This document shows, one piece after another, positions 62,088-64,000 of a stretch of 64,000 nt of DNA. This DNA is from Sphaerodactylus townsendi (taxonomy: Eukaryota). Location of the stretch: assembly GCF_021028975.2 (NCBI RefSeq), contig NC_059436.1, positions 2,852,001 through 2,916,000 on the forward strand, given 5' to 3'. A program made the translations under genes and the position numbers. The notes below the pieces were generated by a model. It saw nothing but the letters and a program-made list of their open reading frames with translations. It was not told where the DNA came from and made no database searches. Each line of letters starts with the position of its first letter. Within the stretch, counting starts at the first letter, position 1.

Positions 62088-62620
62088 CCCACTTTCCGCA
62101 CAAATCCCTAAAATGTTTTCTACAACATTTTCAGGTTCCCTTTACAACAATTTATGCCTGCACTCACCCCCCCTCAAGTTGATTGCTTGGATGCCATTTT
62201 TGTGATTTTTTACCTGCTATTTTTGGGAGTTTTGTTGTGTGGAATTGCAACTTCCAGTTAGCTTCACAGCTGGAGTGTTGCAATTCTCTATGCAACTCTG
62301 CACTCCCTTCTTTGAAAATTAGCCCCCCCAAAACTGAACAAATTCTTTTCAAATGCTCCAAAATACTCCAAAAACAGGCAAGGGGCAATGAGTAAGCTGA
62401 CAAAAGGGCACAAGAGAATTACACAGGCAAATTAAGCTGTTTTAAAAATGTTTCAGCCCAATAATCGTTTTAAAAGGGGATTCATTTAAAGGAGATTCAT
62501 TTAAAATGTTTTGAAGCTGCAAATAAAAATGTTTTAGGATTAATACAATGCAGAACTCCACAGAGAAACATTTTATTTCCTGCCTTAAAATGTTTTTTAA
62601 AAGCGTGTAAAGAAAGGGCA
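62088..62620. mobile_element. Non-autonomous DNA element (Harbinger-like termini)
   Basis: Ends 'cccactttccgcac' / 'gtgtaaagaaagggc'; homologous to the 48920 and 53848 copies. Confidence 0.6.
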
Positions 62621-64000
62621 ACCATTATATGCAAGGGAAATGGGAGACTCCAAAATCCACTGTCAGATTGAGGTTAAAGTGGTCTCGAGAGAAAGAAGCA
62701 GAAGAAAAAAAAGTGAGGGATAGGGGGGGGAAACAAAAACCAAAGGCATAATAATGTGTGTGGAAATCAAGGGGTAAACTGAAGCAGTATGGGGTCAAAA
62801 CTGATGAGAAAAAGCCATGTGGAAAAGTCCTCAGACTAACTTATCTCAGAATTGCTATGAGGAACAAAAAAGGGGGGAACACACACACGCACAAAATCAT
62901 CAGTCTCTAGAACAAAATTGTTTCAACTGTCTGTCTAAAAACCGAAAGGAATGAAGCAGGGCAGCCCTAGCTCAGGACATAGTTCAGAATCTCACTGCTA
63001 AAAGTGACAAAGACCTGCCCTATGTGGTAGATTAGTGTTAAAACTAGGTCAGAATCACACATTAGGCGATCCAGTATACACAGCATATTAGACATGTTCT
63101 CTTTTATGGTTCTTTAATTTGAGTAACCCAGTTTTATTGCATTATTCATTGTAGGTACTATACTGTCTCTTTTGTAACTCTGCAATCAGCCTTGAGTTTC
63201 AGTGAGAAAGTTGGCAATAATTAATTAATTAAAAAGTAAAAACAGGCTTTTCAGTCCCATATTTATTTCATTTAGCAGAGAACTACATTTATTTCATTTA
63301 TCAGAGAACTGTTTATATTTATTTCATTTATTAGAGAACTGTTTAACTGTTCCTCTACTCTGTTTCTCTGGAGGAAATGGCAGCGTTGTAATTCTCTGAC
63401 ATGTCAAATGCTTTTCTGAGATTAGTCCTTCCCTCCCAAACTCCACCCTCCTCAGACAGTACCCACAAACCTCTTCGAATCCCCCAAATGGAAAGTACTA
63501 ACCCTATTCTCTAGACAACTTTTTTTTAAAAAAACTGCCCATTGACTTCTGCCTGACCCTAAGAGATACAGAAGAAAACAGCCTGGTGGGTCTTGTGCAG
63601 AGTAGAATTGGTATGGACAAAAAGGGCTCAGTATCTGCCAAGGTTAATATGTAGCAGTAGTATCATGTCTTCCCTTCACAGACGGAGTTGGCCATGTCTC
63701 TCCAGTCTCTTTACTGCATCCTTGGAGCTTTTTTTATACATAAATATAAACAAACAAACATGCATACAAGAAATCCCAAATCCCCATCATTAAGATTTCT
63801 ATGTGAGCTGTGTTGGCAGCACATCGAAACAATCTGTTTAATCCAAGGCTGCATTTAATGTGGAGCTCTCTTCCCAAAGAAGCCAAATGGAAGGAGAGGA
63901 GAAAGCAGCTACAGATGTAAAAAACAGACCTGGAGATATTTCACTGACATGAAACATATCTACTGCATTTAATTAAAAGAAAGAATGTATGGGAACAATG

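Noticed and set aside
1-64000. Host protein-coding genes among the listed ORFs
   Set aside because: All are short (<200 aa), none resembles a protein family I recognise other than retroelement ORF2 remnants, and I see no consistent exon chain. Small exons could still be missed.

Overview
This is vertebrate, not microbial, DNA. It is AT-rich and CpG-depleted, with a repeat content that I read as squamate, most likely gecko (inference from 5S/Sauria-type SINEs, tRNA/CORE SINEs with (CTT)n tails, BovB, L2, CR1, Penelope, SPIN and other hAT/PIF-Harbinger MITEs). It is a gapped draft assembly with five N-runs of 131-180 nt. I find no supportable host protein-coding gene, functional rRNA/tRNA gene or CRISPR array. 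The listed ORFs are chance ORFs, microsatellite or N artefacts, or decayed retrotransposon ORF2 fragments. The window alternates between two kinds of sequence. (a) Dense, often nested transposon piles, notably a ~3.4 kb decayed CR1 ORF2 at ~26.0-29.3 kb carrying several younger insertions, many with readable TSDs. (b) Repeat-poor islands (~10.6-12.6, 20.0-21.7, 31.2-35.9, 55.5-57.2, 60.5-61.6 kb) rich in PBX-HOX/MEIS/SOX/homeodomain motifs, one locally CpG-rich. These look like conserved non-coding enhancers of a developmental-gene desert or large intron. I cannot identify the locus and see no demonstrably new biological system. The best leads are the enhancer-like islands with recurrent TALE grammar, a SPIN MITE with a CORE-SINE-like interior, a TIR element with a 5-bp TSD, a dispersed G-quadruplex minisatellite carried inside repeats, and visible LINE/SINE partner pairs. 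Family names come from recalled consensus sequences and need Dfam/Repbase confirmation.
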